Of a DNA stretch of 32,000 bases, positions 14,420 to 23,711 are shown piece after piece. The stretch spans positions 480,001 through 512,000 of the forward strand of contig OY780959.1 of assembly GCA_963675915.1 (NCBI GenBank), written 5' to 3'. Source of the stretch: Coprobacillaceae bacterium. Lineage in GTDB: Bacteria; Bacillota_I; Bacilli_A; Erysipelotrichales; Coprobacillaceae. The notes under the pieces were generated by a model that had not been told where the DNA came from, did not search any database, and saw only the letters and a program-made list of their open reading frames with translations. The position numbers and the translations under genes were made by a program. How positions within the stretch are numbered: position 1 is the stretch's first letter; each line of letters begins with the position of its first letter.

Positions 14420-15289
14420 TTGGAAAATAGTTTCAAACAACAAAAAGAGAAATTAAGTATTTTCAAAAGACTGCGCCGTAAAAGCGATAACGGAAAAGGT
14501 AAAAAGGATATTCCTGAAGATTTGTTCAAGAAATGTCCTAACTGTGGCGAAATCCAAACCACAGCTTCGTACAAACTAAATGTTTGTCCAAGCTGTGGTT
14601 ACCATTTGCCTCTTACTGCCAAAGAACGTTTTGATCTGATCTACGATGGCAAATACAAAGTGGTTTTGAATTCTAAAGAAATCAACGATCCTTTGAATTT
14701 TCCTGGTTACAAAGATAAGATCAAGTCGCTCAAAGACAAAACCGGTCTTGACGAAGCAGTTGTTTGCAGTGTCGGAACGATTGCCAAAGTAAAGGTTGTC
14801 GTTTGCGTCATGGATAATCGCTTCATGATGGGATCTATGGGTTCAATCGTGGGTGAAAAAATCACCAGAGCAGCTGAGTACGCTCTGAAGAAAAAACTGC
14901 CGCTGGTCATTTTTACAACTAGTGGTGGAGCAAGGATGCAAGAAGGGATTTTCTCTTTAATGCAGATGGCTAAAATCAATGGAGCCCTGGCAAGATTCAA
15001 AGATGCCGGGTTGCTGTACGTTTCATACATCACCCATCCTACCTATGGTGGGGTATCGGCCTCATTTGCGCCGGTTGGTGATATTGTTATCGGGGAACCA
15101 TATGCAATGTATGGGTTTGCCGGACGTCGGGTTATTGCTTCGACGATCAAGCAACAACTCCCAGCTGATTTCCAGACTACCGAATACAATATGGAAGCTG
15201 GATTTATCGATTTGATTGTACATCGCGAACAGTGCAAAGATACTTTAAGCAAGATTTTAGCGATCCATCAAGGTGATAGAAATGAGTAG
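14420..15289 (+). CDS. accD: Acetyl-CoA carboxylase carboxyltransferase beta subunit
   Basis: An N-terminal zinc ribbon (CPNCGE...CPSCGYH) followed by a carboxyltransferase domain. The start is TTG, and no in-frame ATG is nearby. Confidence 0.93.
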   Translation: MENSFKQQKEKLSIFKRLRRKSDNGKGKKDIPEDLFKKCPNCGEIQTTASYKLNVCPSCGYHLPLTAKERFDLIYDGKYKVVLNSKEINDPLNFPGYKDKIKSLKDKTGLDEAVVCSVGTIAKVKVVVCVMDNRFMMGSMGSIVGEKITRAAEYALKKKLPLVIFTTSGGARMQEGIFSLMQMAKINGALARFKDAGLLYVSYITHPTYGGVSASFAPVGDIVIGEPYAMYGFAGRRVIASTIKQQLPADFQTTEYNMEAGFIDLIVHREQCKDTLSKILAIHQGDRNE

Positions 15290-16067
15290 ATACGAAAAAG
15301 TAGTTAAGGCCCGTGATTTATCTAGGCCGAACATTTATGATTATATAGATAACATATTCAATGACTTCATCGAGTTCAAAGGTGACCGCGCCGGGGGAGA
15401 CGATAGTGCAATTGTTGGTGGCATTGCATTTTTCCATAACCAACCGGTTACGATCATCGGACATTTGAAGGGACATGATCTCAATTCCAATTTGAAAGTG
15501 AATTTCGGAATGGGATCGCCATCTGGGTATCGCAAAGCTTTGCGATTGATGGAACAAGCCAATAAATTCAACCGACCAATCATCTCTTTCATCGATACAC
15601 CGGGTGCTTATCCGGGCGTTGAAAGCGAAAAGAACGGAATCGGAGAGGCGATTGCCAAGTGTATTGAAGAATCGTTCAATTACACAGTACCTAAAATCTC
15701 AATCATTATCGGAGAAGGCGGTAGTGGTGGAGCCTTGGGATTTGGAGTAAGCGATAAAGTTGCGATGTTGGAAAACAGCGTCTACTCGATTCTTTCACCT
15801 GAAGGTTTCGCTGCAATCCTATTCAAGGATAAGGACGGTTCACGCAAAGAGGAAGCTGCCGAGTTGATGAAACTGACAGCAGAAGACTTGCTTGAACAGG
15901 GAATTATAGATGAAATAATCCCGGAAACTGCCGATGGACTGAGAAATCCGCAGAATTTCGTATTCGACAAAGTGAATGATTATCTTCTTGAACAGCTCCA
16001 AACACTAGGAAAATTAGATAGTAAGACACTTTTAAAGAACCGTTACGAAAGGTTTAGGAAATTTTAA
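15282..16067 (+). CDS. accA: Acetyl-CoA carboxylase carboxyltransferase alpha subunit
   Basis: Motifs FIDTPGAYPG and GEGGSGGALG. The ATG at 15282 lies 6 nt after AAGGTG; a GTG at 15273 is an alternative start. This is a short streptococcal-type AccA. Confidence 0.92.
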   Translation: MSRYEKVVKARDLSRPNIYDYIDNIFNDFIEFKGDRAGGDDSAIVGGIAFFHNQPVTIIGHLKGHDLNSNLKVNFGMGSPSGYRKALRLMEQANKFNRPIISFIDTPGAYPGVESEKNGIGEAIAKCIEESFNYTVPKISIIIGEGGSGGALGFGVSDKVAMLENSVYSILSPEGFAAILFKDKDGSRKEEAAELMKLTAEDLLEQGIIDEIIPETADGLRNPQNFVFDKVNDYLLEQLQTLGKLDSKTLLKNRYERFRKF

Positions 16068-16534
16068 TGGATTATGAATTAATTGAGGCACGAGGAACTA
16101 TCATTGATCAGTTTATGGTTTTGTATCATCAAATCCTTTCTTCACAAAAGAAGTTTCTAATCAATCATGGGGTTACTGATATAACGGTGCAGGACGTTCA
16201 TATCCTGGAAACCATTTCTTTGTCAAACAAGCCGACCGTCTCTTCTCTAGCCAATGTCACCAGTGTGACAAGAGGCAAGATTACCAAAGGGACAATGTCG
16301 GTTGAACTGAAGAAATTGGAAAAGTTGGGATATATCGAGCGGGAAAAATCAAAGCAGGATCGCCGCGTAAGCTATTTCGCCCTGACTCCCAAAGGAGAAG
16401 CGGTGATGGAGATCCACGACGAATTCCACGAAGCGCTTAACGATAAAGTAGCTAAATATACCAGTGAAGTCGATACCGAGGTATTGATTAAATCTTTGGA
16501 TGCCTTAATTGGTTCATTAGATAAAATAAAATAA
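16067..16534 (+). CDS. fabT: MarR-family regulator embedded in the fab cluster (FabT-like)
   Basis: 155 aa with a winged HTH (VQDVHILETISLSNKPTVSSLANVTSVTRGKITKGTMSVELKKLEKLGYIERE). It sits immediately upstream of fabH, as in streptococci and lactococci. Confidence 0.75.
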   Translation: MDYELIEARGTIIDQFMVLYHQILSSQKKFLINHGVTDITVQDVHILETISLSNKPTVSSLANVTSVTRGKITKGTMSVELKKLEKLGYIEREKSKQDRRVSYFALTPKGEAVMEIHDEFHEALNDKVAKYTSEVDTEVLIKSLDALIGSLDKIK

Positions 16535-16544
16535 CATAGAGGTA

Positions 16545-17474
16545 ATGATGTCAGGACTAAAAATAATAGCAGCCGGTTCCTATTTGCCGGAGAACACAAT
16601 CACAAATTTCGACCTGGAAAAAATGGTGGAAACAAATGATGAGTGGATCCGTCAAAGAACTGGTATAATCTCACGTCATCAAGCAGTTGATGAAACAGCC
16701 ATTGATATGGCAGTAAAGGCTAGCATGCCATGCCTTGAAGAGATTGATAAAGAAAAAATAAAATATGTAATAGTCGCCACCATGACGCCAGATTATTTTA
16801 CTCCCTCATGTGCTAGTATCGTCGCTAGCAGATTAGGTATTGAAAGTGAAGGGGTCATGGTTTTTGACTTGTCGGCAGCCTGTTCAGGGTTTGTTTACGC
16901 ATTGAATGTTGCCAGCAAAATGCTGGGTGACGATGAATTGGCACTGGTAATCGGAGTTGAAAAACTTACAAAAGCGGTTGATTATACTGACCGTGGAACT
17001 TGTATTTTGTTCGGCGATGGTGCTGGTAGTGTAGTTGTTTCAAAAAGTGAAACCAACTATCAAAGCTATCTTGGATACAGAGGAAATATTGAATCATTGA
17101 ATTTGGAGACAACTGAAGGAGCTAAACTTAAAATGCTTGGTCAGGATATCTTCAAATTTGCGGTGAGAGTCGTACCTAAGTGTATTGAAAACTTGCTGGA
17201 ATCAAACAATATGACCATGGATGAAATCGATTATGTCATCCTTCATCAGGCAAATGAAAGAATTATCGAGTCGGTGGCCAAAAAATATAAAGGCCAGCAG
17301 GAGAAGTTCGTTGTCAGTCTGGCAGAGGTTGGTAATACATCCGGAGCTAGTATCCCATTGGCTTTTGATAAATTGCAAAAAGAGAAAAATCTTACAACTG
17401 GAAAAGTCATGATGATTGGCTTTGGTGGAGGTTTAACATGGGGAGGATGTATTGTTGAATATGCGCTTAGATAA
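16545..17474 (+). CDS. fabH: 3-oxoacyl-ACP synthase III
   Basis: 309 aa with TNDEWIRQRTGI, active-site AACSGF, HQAN, and GNTSGASIP. Confidence 0.95.
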   Translation: MMSGLKIIAAGSYLPENTITNFDLEKMVETNDEWIRQRTGIISRHQAVDETAIDMAVKASMPCLEEIDKEKIKYVIVATMTPDYFTPSCASIVASRLGIESEGVMVFDLSAACSGFVYALNVASKMLGDDELALVIGVEKLTKAVDYTDRGTCILFGDGAGSVVVSKSETNYQSYLGYRGNIESLNLETTEGAKLKMLGQDIFKFAVRVVPKCIENLLESNNMTMDEIDYVILHQANERIIESVAKKYKGQQEKFVVSLAEVGNTSGASIPLAFDKLQKEKNLTTGKVMMIGFGGGLTWGGCIVEYALR

Positions 17475-18399
17475 ATTGTTAGGGATAAAATATCCTATTA
17501 TTCAAGGGGGAATGGCAAACATTGCCACCGGTGAATTCGCGGCTCAGGTAGCCAATGCCGGAGGTTTGGGATTGATTGCAGCCGGATCGCTTGATCGTGA
17601 AGGGCTGATCAAACACATTGCTGATGCCAAAGCAATCACTGATAAGCCATTCGGTGTCAATTTGATGCTGATGAACCCGCATAGTGACGACTTGGTTGAT
17701 GTTGTTATCGAACAAGGAGTTAAAATCGTTACAACTGGAGCAGGTAATCCAGGAAAATATGTTGAAAAATTCAAATCAAACGGAATCAAAGTTTTCCCGG
17801 TAGTTCCTTCTGTTGCCTTGGCAAAAAGAATGGAAAGACTTGGAGTTGACGGAGTTATCGTTGAAGGTACTGAAGCAGGTGGTCATATCGGTGATTTGAC
17901 TACAATGGCTTTGGTTCCTCAGGTTATCGCTGCGGTAAACTTGCCGGTAATTGCTGCTGGTGGGATCGCAAGCGGACCACAAATGTTGGCGGCCTTCGCA
18001 CTTGGAGCCATCGGGGTTCAAGTCGGTACAGTATTATTAGGTACTGTTGAGTGTCCGATCCATCAAAATTACAAAGATGCAATCTTGAAAGCTAAAGACA
18101 CATCGACGATTGTAACTGGAAGAATTGCCGGGACACCGGTTCGTTCATTGAAAAATCCAATGACAAAAGAATATGTCAAACTGGAAAAAGAAGGAAAATC
18201 AATGATGGAATTGGAAACCTATACCCTAGGTTCATTACGAAAAGCGGTTATGGAAGGTAATCTTACTGAAGGTTCTTTCATGGCTGGTCAAGTTGCCGGT
18301 ATGGTTACTGAGCTTGATACCATCGCTAACGTCTTTGAAAGACTGATGGATGATTGTAAGGTACAATATAAAAACATTGAGGAAATAGTAAATGGTTAA
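17452..18399 (+). CDS. fabK: Enoyl-ACP reductase II (FMN-dependent, NPD/nitronate monooxygenase fold)
   Basis: 315 aa with YPIIQGGMA, VIVEGTEAGGHIG, and AAGGIASG. The start is ambiguous (TTG 17452/17455 or ATG 17461). Confidence 0.88.
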   Translation: MLNMRLDKLLGIKYPIIQGGMANIATGEFAAQVANAGGLGLIAAGSLDREGLIKHIADAKAITDKPFGVNLMLMNPHSDDLVDVVIEQGVKIVTTGAGNPGKYVEKFKSNGIKVFPVVPSVALAKRMERLGVDGVIVEGTEAGGHIGDLTTMALVPQVIAAVNLPVIAAGGIASGPQMLAAFALGAIGVQVGTVLLGTVECPIHQNYKDAILKAKDTSTIVTGRIAGTPVRSLKNPMTKEYVKLEKEGKSMMELETYTLGSLRKAVMEGNLTEGSFMAGQVAGMVTELDTIANVFERLMDDCKVQYKNIEEIVNG

Positions 18400-19429
18400 A
18401 ATACGTTCTAAAACTATTTTACCTCTCATTCAAGGTGGAATGGGAGTAGGCGTTTCACTGTCAAAATTGGCAGGTAACGTAGCTTTAAACAATTGCATGG
18501 GTGTTATTTCCACAGCTCAAGTTGGATTCCGCGATTTCTCAAAGAGAAGTCAGGTCCAAAAAAATATTGATGCCCTAAAAGAAGAAATCAAAAAGGCCCG
18601 TGAAATTTCCAAAGGTAAAGGGATGATCGCCATCAATGCCATGGTTGCAACCAATGATTATAAACAAATGATCAAAGCTGCAATCGAAAGTGGGATTGAC
18701 GCCATCATTTCCGGAGCCGGTCTGCCATTGCAACTGCCTGAACTGGTAGGAGATGCCGATGTCGCTCTAGCTCCGATTGTTTCATCAAGCAAAGCTTTGA
18801 ACCTGATTATCCGTTCATGGGTTAGAAAAGCCAACCGTCTTCCTGATTTCATCGTGATTGAAGGATTCAAAGCCGGTGGTCACTTAGGTTTCCATAAAAA
18901 GGACATCTGTTCAGGTAATATCCAGCCATTGGAAGATATTCTAAAAGACTGTCTGGAACTGCTTAAGAAAAAAGAATTGGATATCCCGGTTTTTGTTGCC
19001 GGTGGTATTTACGATAAAGACGACATCCGTCATTTCATGGATCTGGGTGCCAGTGGAGTTCAAATGGCGACTCGTTTCATCGCGACAGACGAATGTGACG
19101 CCAGCGATGAATTCAAACAAGCCTTTGTCAATGCTTCAAAAGAAGATATCGATTTTGTCATCAGCCCGGTCGGACTTGATGGTCGTTGCATCAATACAAA
19201 ATTCACTCGTTCTTTAAAAGAAGAGAAACCTAAAATTGATGTATGTACGAACTGTCTGATTCCATGTAACTTCCCGGATACGCCATACTGTATCTCACAG
19301 GCATTGATCAATGCGGTCAATGGAGATATCGACAATGGTCTGGTATTCAGTGGGGTGAATGGTTATCGAATCACTGAAGTGGTTCCGGTTAAACAACTGA
19401 TTGATGAATTGATGGAGGATTTTAAATGA
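18392..19429 (+). CDS. Second NPD/nitronate-monooxygenase-family flavoprotein (divergent FabK paralog) with C-terminal Cys motif
   Basis: 345 aa with LPLIQGGMGVGVS, VIEGFKAGGHLG, and VAGGIYD. It has a C-terminal CTNCLIPCNFPDTPYC (C-x2-C-x3-C-x7-C) that is absent from the upstream FabK. Confidence 0.75.
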   Translation: MVKIRSKTILPLIQGGMGVGVSLSKLAGNVALNNCMGVISTAQVGFRDFSKRSQVQKNIDALKEEIKKAREISKGKGMIAINAMVATNDYKQMIKAAIESGIDAIISGAGLPLQLPELVGDADVALAPIVSSSKALNLIIRSWVRKANRLPDFIVIEGFKAGGHLGFHKKDICSGNIQPLEDILKDCLELLKKKELDIPVFVAGGIYDKDDIRHFMDLGASGVQMATRFIATDECDASDEFKQAFVNASKEDIDFVISPVGLDGRCINTKFTRSLKEEKPKIDVCTNCLIPCNFPDTPYCISQALINAVNGDIDNGLVFSGVNGYRITEVVPVKQLIDELMEDFK

Positions 19430-20346
19430 AAGTAGCATTCTTATATGGTGGCCAAGGTTCTCAGGTAGTGGGAATGGGTCAGTCATTTTATGATAATTAC
19501 GAGGACTCGAAAAACTTCCTGGACAGCGTTGAACTGGATTTTGATTTCAAAAAGCTGATGTTTGACGGTCCTTTGGAGAAATTGAGTGAAACTGAATTCA
19601 CCCAACCATGTCTGGTTATGTACCAAATCATGGTGACAAGACTGTTGGAACAAGCAGGAATCAAAGCTGATTACACTTGCGGACTTTCCCTTGGTGAATA
19701 CACAGCCCTTTACAATGCCAAAGTATTGGATGAAAAAACGGTGATTGATTTGACTCGTTTTAGAGGAATCGCTATGACCAAGGCAGCTGCTGGAATTGAT
19801 TCAAAAATGATTGCAGTACTGACTAAGGATCTTGACCTTGTCAATGAACTGATCGCCAGCGTTGATGCCGGATATCTTGCAATCTCGAACTACAACTGTC
19901 CGGGACAATATGTAATTGCCGGTGAAAGTGCAGCTGTGAGCCAGTTTGTTGAATTGGCTGAAGGAAAAATCAAACGAATTATCGAATTGAATACTTCAGG
20001 TCCGTTCCATACCAAATTATTGGAAGCGGCAAGCCAGGATCTCAAGGAAAAATTCAAGGAAGTTGACTTTGGTGAAAACCAAATTCCGGTAATCATGAAT
20101 ACAACTGGCGCACCATTGGAGTTCGCCAATATTCAGGAATTGATGTCACGTCAGGTCAAAGAACCGGTACTGTTCGAAAAATCGATTCAATACCTGGTTG
20201 AACAAGGCGTTGACACTTTCATTGAAATCGCGCCAAACAAAACACTAAGTAATTTTGTGAAGAAAGTTGATCGAAAATTGACAACTTATTCAATTGTTGA
20301 TAATGAAAGTTTAGAAAAGGTAAAAGAATTATGGGAAACAAAGTAG
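19426..20346 (+). CDS. fabD: Malonyl-CoA:ACP transacylase
   Basis: 306 aa with FLYGGQGSQ and active-site GLSLGEY. Confidence 0.95.
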   Translation: MKVAFLYGGQGSQVVGMGQSFYDNYEDSKNFLDSVELDFDFKKLMFDGPLEKLSETEFTQPCLVMYQIMVTRLLEQAGIKADYTCGLSLGEYTALYNAKVLDEKTVIDLTRFRGIAMTKAAAGIDSKMIAVLTKDLDLVNELIASVDAGYLAISNYNCPGQYVIAGESAAVSQFVELAEGKIKRIIELNTSGPFHTKLLEAASQDLKEKFKEVDFGENQIPVIMNTTGAPLEFANIQELMSRQVKEPVLFEKSIQYLVEQGVDTFIEIAPNKTLSNFVKKVDRKLTTYSIVDNESLEKVKELWETK

Positions 20347-21038
20347 CATTAGTAACAGGAGCCTCAAGAGGAATCGGTCGTGCCATTGCTGACCATTTGA
20401 TTGGTGAAGGATACGTGGTTTACTACAATTATCGTTCAACTATCGATGTTGAAGAAACTGAAACTGTTAAACTCATCAAAGGCGACATCTCTTCTTTTGA
20501 TGATTGTCAGGAAATGATTTCTCAAGTGGTCAAAGCTGAAGGTCAAATCGATATTCTGGTAAACAATGCCGGAATCACTCGTGACGGTTTGTTGATGAGA
20601 ATGAAAGAAGAAGACTTCGACAGTGTCATCAACACCAATCTCAAAGGTGTCTTCAACATGTGTAAAGCTGCTGTAAGACCGATGATGAAAAAACGTACTG
20701 GTAAAATCGTCAATATTTCATCAGTAGTAGGAATCACCGGAAATGCGGGACAATGTAACTATGCCGCAAGCAAGTCAGGTGTTATCGGTTTTTCAAAATC
20801 ATTGGCTAAAGAAGTGGCTACCAGAGGAATCACAGTAAACTGTGTCGCACCTGGTTTCATTCAATCGGATATGACCGATGAACTAAGCGATGAACAAAAA
20901 CAAAACATTATGGTTAATATCCCAATGCAACGTTTCGGAACAGTTGAAGATGTTGCAAAAACTGTCAGTTTCCTGGTTAGCGAAAACGCTAGCTACATTA
21001 CTGGTCAGGTTATTAGTGTTGATGGAGGTATGGTTTAA
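20331..21038 (+). CDS. fabG: 3-oxoacyl-ACP reductase
   Basis: 235 aa SDR with TGASRGIG, NNAG, and YAASK. The call also rests on its position between fabD and fabF. Confidence 0.93.
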   Translation: MGNKVALVTGASRGIGRAIADHLIGEGYVVYYNYRSTIDVEETETVKLIKGDISSFDDCQEMISQVVKAEGQIDILVNNAGITRDGLLMRMKEEDFDSVINTNLKGVFNMCKAAVRPMMKKRTGKIVNISSVVGITGNAGQCNYAASKSGVIGFSKSLAKEVATRGITVNCVAPGFIQSDMTDELSDEQKQNIMVNIPMQRFGTVEDVAKTVSFLVSENASYITGQVISVDGGMV

Positions 21039-22258
21039 TGAAAAGACGTGTAGTTGTAACTGGAGTTGGAACAATCAACTCATTAGGTCACAATAATAAA
21101 GAAACATTTGAAGCCATTAAAAATGGTGATTGCGGTATTGATTTCATTACTGCATTTGATACTACTGATTTCAAGGTTAAGGTAGCAGCAGAACTCAAAA
21201 ACTTCAACGCTGAAGATTATCTTGATAAAAAATTGGTTAGGAAAACTGACCGTTTCATTCAATTGGCATTGATTGCCGGGAAAGAAGCGTATTATGATGC
21301 CAGACTTGATGAAGTTGACAAAAATCATTTAGGTGTCAATGTATCATCAGGTATCGGGGGAATCGATACAATCGAAACTAACCATTCCAAAGGACTTAAA
21401 CGAGGAATGGACCGCGTATCTCCATACTTCGTTCCAAATGCGATCGTAAATATGGCAGCTGGTCAATTGGCAATCGCATCTGGAGCCAAGGGAATGTGTA
21501 CTTGTGTGGTAACTGCTTGTGCTGGTGCTACCAATGCCATCGGAGATGGTTTCCGTGCTATCCGTGACGGATATGAAGAAGTAATGATGGTTGGAGGAAG
21601 TGAAGCTTGTATCACACCATTAGGTGTTGGAGGATTCACGGCCCTTAAAGGACTTACTCAAAGCCAAGATCCAAAACGTGCTTCAATTCCATTTGACAAA
21701 GAACGTAGCGGATTTGTAATCGGTGAAGGTGCCGGAATTTTGGTGTTGGAAGAATATGAACATGCCAAAGCTCGTGGTGCTAAAATCTATGCTGAAATGA
21801 TCGGTTATGGAGCTTCATGTGATGCTCATCATATCACTGCACCGTTGGAAGACGGAAGCGGGGGACAAGCAGCAATCGAAGATGCCTTGAAAGATGCCGG
21901 AATCGAAGCAAAAGATGTTGATTATATCAACACTCACGGAACTTCAACTAACTTGAATGACAAAATCGAAACTAAAGCAATCAAAAATGTCTTTGGTAAT
22001 GATATCGTGATTTCTTCAACAAAAGGAAATCATGGTCACTGTCTGGGAGCAACTGGTGCCATCGAGGCGATCATCTCAATTGATGCCATGAATGAAAACC
22101 TGGTTCCACCGACAATCAATTATCAAGTACCTGATGAAGATTGTGATCTTGATGTTTGTCCAAATACACCTAGAGAAAAAGACATTAACATTATCATGTC
22201 TAACTCTCTTGGGTTCGGTGGACACAACGCAACTATTATATTTAAGAAGGTGAAATAG
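21038..22258 (+). CDS. fabF: 3-oxoacyl-ACP synthase II
   Basis: 406 aa with active-site ACAGATNAIG, His residues in CDAHHITAP and NTHGTST, and a GFGGHNA tail. Confidence 0.96.
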   Translation: MKRRVVVTGVGTINSLGHNNKETFEAIKNGDCGIDFITAFDTTDFKVKVAAELKNFNAEDYLDKKLVRKTDRFIQLALIAGKEAYYDARLDEVDKNHLGVNVSSGIGGIDTIETNHSKGLKRGMDRVSPYFVPNAIVNMAAGQLAIASGAKGMCTCVVTACAGATNAIGDGFRAIRDGYEEVMMVGGSEACITPLGVGGFTALKGLTQSQDPKRASIPFDKERSGFVIGEGAGILVLEEYEHAKARGAKIYAEMIGYGASCDAHHITAPLEDGSGGQAAIEDALKDAGIEAKDVDYINTHGTSTNLNDKIETKAIKNVFGNDIVISSTKGNHGHCLGATGAIEAIISIDAMNENLVPPTINYQVPDEDCDLDVCPNTPREKDINIIMSNSLGFGGHNATIIFKKVK

Positions 22259-22684
22259 ATGGAATTAGATAGTAATCAAATCGCAAAGATCAATCCCCAT
22301 CGTTATCCATTCGCTCTGGTTGACCGTATCACTGAATACAAACCAGGTGAAATGGCAATCGGACGCAAATGTGTCAGTGTCAATGAAATGCACTTCTTGG
22401 GGCATTTCCCTGACTACCATGTAATGCCGGGAGTATTGATCGTTGAAGCTTTGGCTCAAGTTGGATGTATTGCCATCTTGACTAAAGAAGGAAACGAAGG
22501 TAAATTGGTATTCTTCGGAGGCGTTGACAAATGCCGTTTCAAAGGTCAGGTAAAACCAGGTGATGTTTTGGAATTGCACTGTACTTTGACCAAACAAAGA
22601 GGACCAATCGGTAAAGGTGATGCCAAAGCCTATGTCGATGGTAAATTAGTATGTCAGGCCGAATTGACATTCGCTATCAATTAA
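22259..22684 (+). CDS. fabZ: 3-hydroxyacyl-ACP dehydratase
   Basis: 141 aa hot-dog fold with [33 protein letters not shown]. Confidence 0.95.
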   Translation: MELDSNQIAKINPHRYPFALVDRITEYKPGEMAIGRKCVSVNEMHFLGHFPDYHVMPGVLIVEALAQVGCIAILTKEGNEGKLVFFGGVDKCRFKGQVKPGDVLELHCTLTKQRGPIGKGDAKAYVDGKLVCQAELTFAIN

Positions 22685-23322
22685 TTCATCTTGACAGTGT
22701 TGATTCGACACAAAGCTATGCCATACGCAATTTTAATAATTTTATCGGTGATACCTTGGTTGTCTGCAATCTCCAGACAGCCGGGTATGGCAGACAGCAT
22801 AGCAAATGGCTAGATTCTTCGCAAAATCTAGCCTTTAGTTTTGTCTTCAACTATTCCATCAATCTGAATGAATCATTCAAACTGGCGGTCTATATCGCCA
22901 AGGCACTCAATACCGTTTTACAGCGACATCATCTGAATACTCTGATCAAGTGGCCCAATGATATCTATCTTGACAAGAAGATTTCCGGGATGATTATCGA
23001 CTACAAAGACAACAAGGTCGTAGTTGGAATTGGAATCAATCTCAACGAAGATTTCCATGATTTTGCCAAGGCCGATCTTGACGGTGACAAGATTCTGCTC
23101 GCCCAGGAAATCTCCACAGAAATACTTGATACCTTGGACGAAGACTTTCAAAGGGTTTTGGACTATTGCAATCAGTATTCCTATCTTAAGGACAAGCTTT
23201 GGCATGTCAAGGGAATTGGTGAAGTCGAAGTCAAATATTTAGACAAATTTGGCAATCTCCATTATAATAAAAACAATGAAGAGCATACCATCAATGTCAC
23301 GCAGTTTTCACTAAAGAGCTAG
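22651..23322 (+). CDS. birA: Biotin--protein ligase, class I (no N-terminal DNA-binding domain)
   Basis: 223 aa with [20 protein letters not shown] (a degenerate GRGRxGRxW loop), KWPNDIY, and an SH3-like C-terminal domain. The start overlaps the fabZ end by 34 nt, so the start codon is uncertain. Confidence 0.8.
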   Translation: MSGRIDIRYQLIHLDSVDSTQSYAIRNFNNFIGDTLVVCNLQTAGYGRQHSKWLDSSQNLAFSFVFNYSINLNESFKLAVYIAKALNTVLQRHHLNTLIKWPNDIYLDKKISGMIIDYKDNKVVVGIGINLNEDFHDFAKADLDGDKILLAQEISTEILDTLDEDFQRVLDYCNQYSYLKDKLWHVKGIGEVEVKYLDKFGNLHYNKNNEEHTINVTQFSLKS

Positions 23323-23357
23323 ATGATGTAATTTCGGTGTGCCAATTGGAGAAAATT

Positions 23358-23585
23358 ATGAAACATTTGGAAATCAAGACATTTTTCGATACTTGTTATC
23401 TCGGTGAAAACCGGATCAACAACCGCTTCTCGTTTGTCGAGGGAGTGGAAAAATGCACTGCTTCATGTCCGGACAATACTGTCTACATTGACTTTGATGA
23501 ATCGATTGTAACCCAAGAGGAATTGGAAAGCGTTTTCACGGAAATGGAATTTCCGATAAACGACTCCAAATTATCGGATTTGTAA
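23358..23585 (+). CDS. Hypothetical 75-aa protein, HMA-like (ferredoxin-fold) pattern without a CxxC motif
   Basis: RBS GGAGAAA. The segment ...VEGVEKCTASCPDNTVYIDFDESIVTQEELESVFTEMEF echoes the second half of heavy-metal-associated domains. It is the last ORF before a strong terminator. Confidence 0.4.
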   Translation: MKHLEIKTFFDTCYLGENRINNRFSFVEGVEKCTASCPDNTVYIDFDESIVTQEELESVFTEMEFPINDSKLSDL

Positions 23586-23613
23586 CCACATCATAAAAAG
23601 ATGTGGTTTTTTT
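23585..23613 (+). terminator. Terminator ending the FAS/biotin operon
   Basis: AACCACATC-ATAAAAA-GATGTGGTT hairpin followed by T7. Confidence 0.85.
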
Positions 23614-23711
23614 ATACTTTGAGGGTTGTTTTTGTGAAGTTATTATGATAGTATACCATAGTACGGAAGCGAACTATTTGAGTAGAGGAGGCGGTTTTTA
23701 TCAAGGACACA

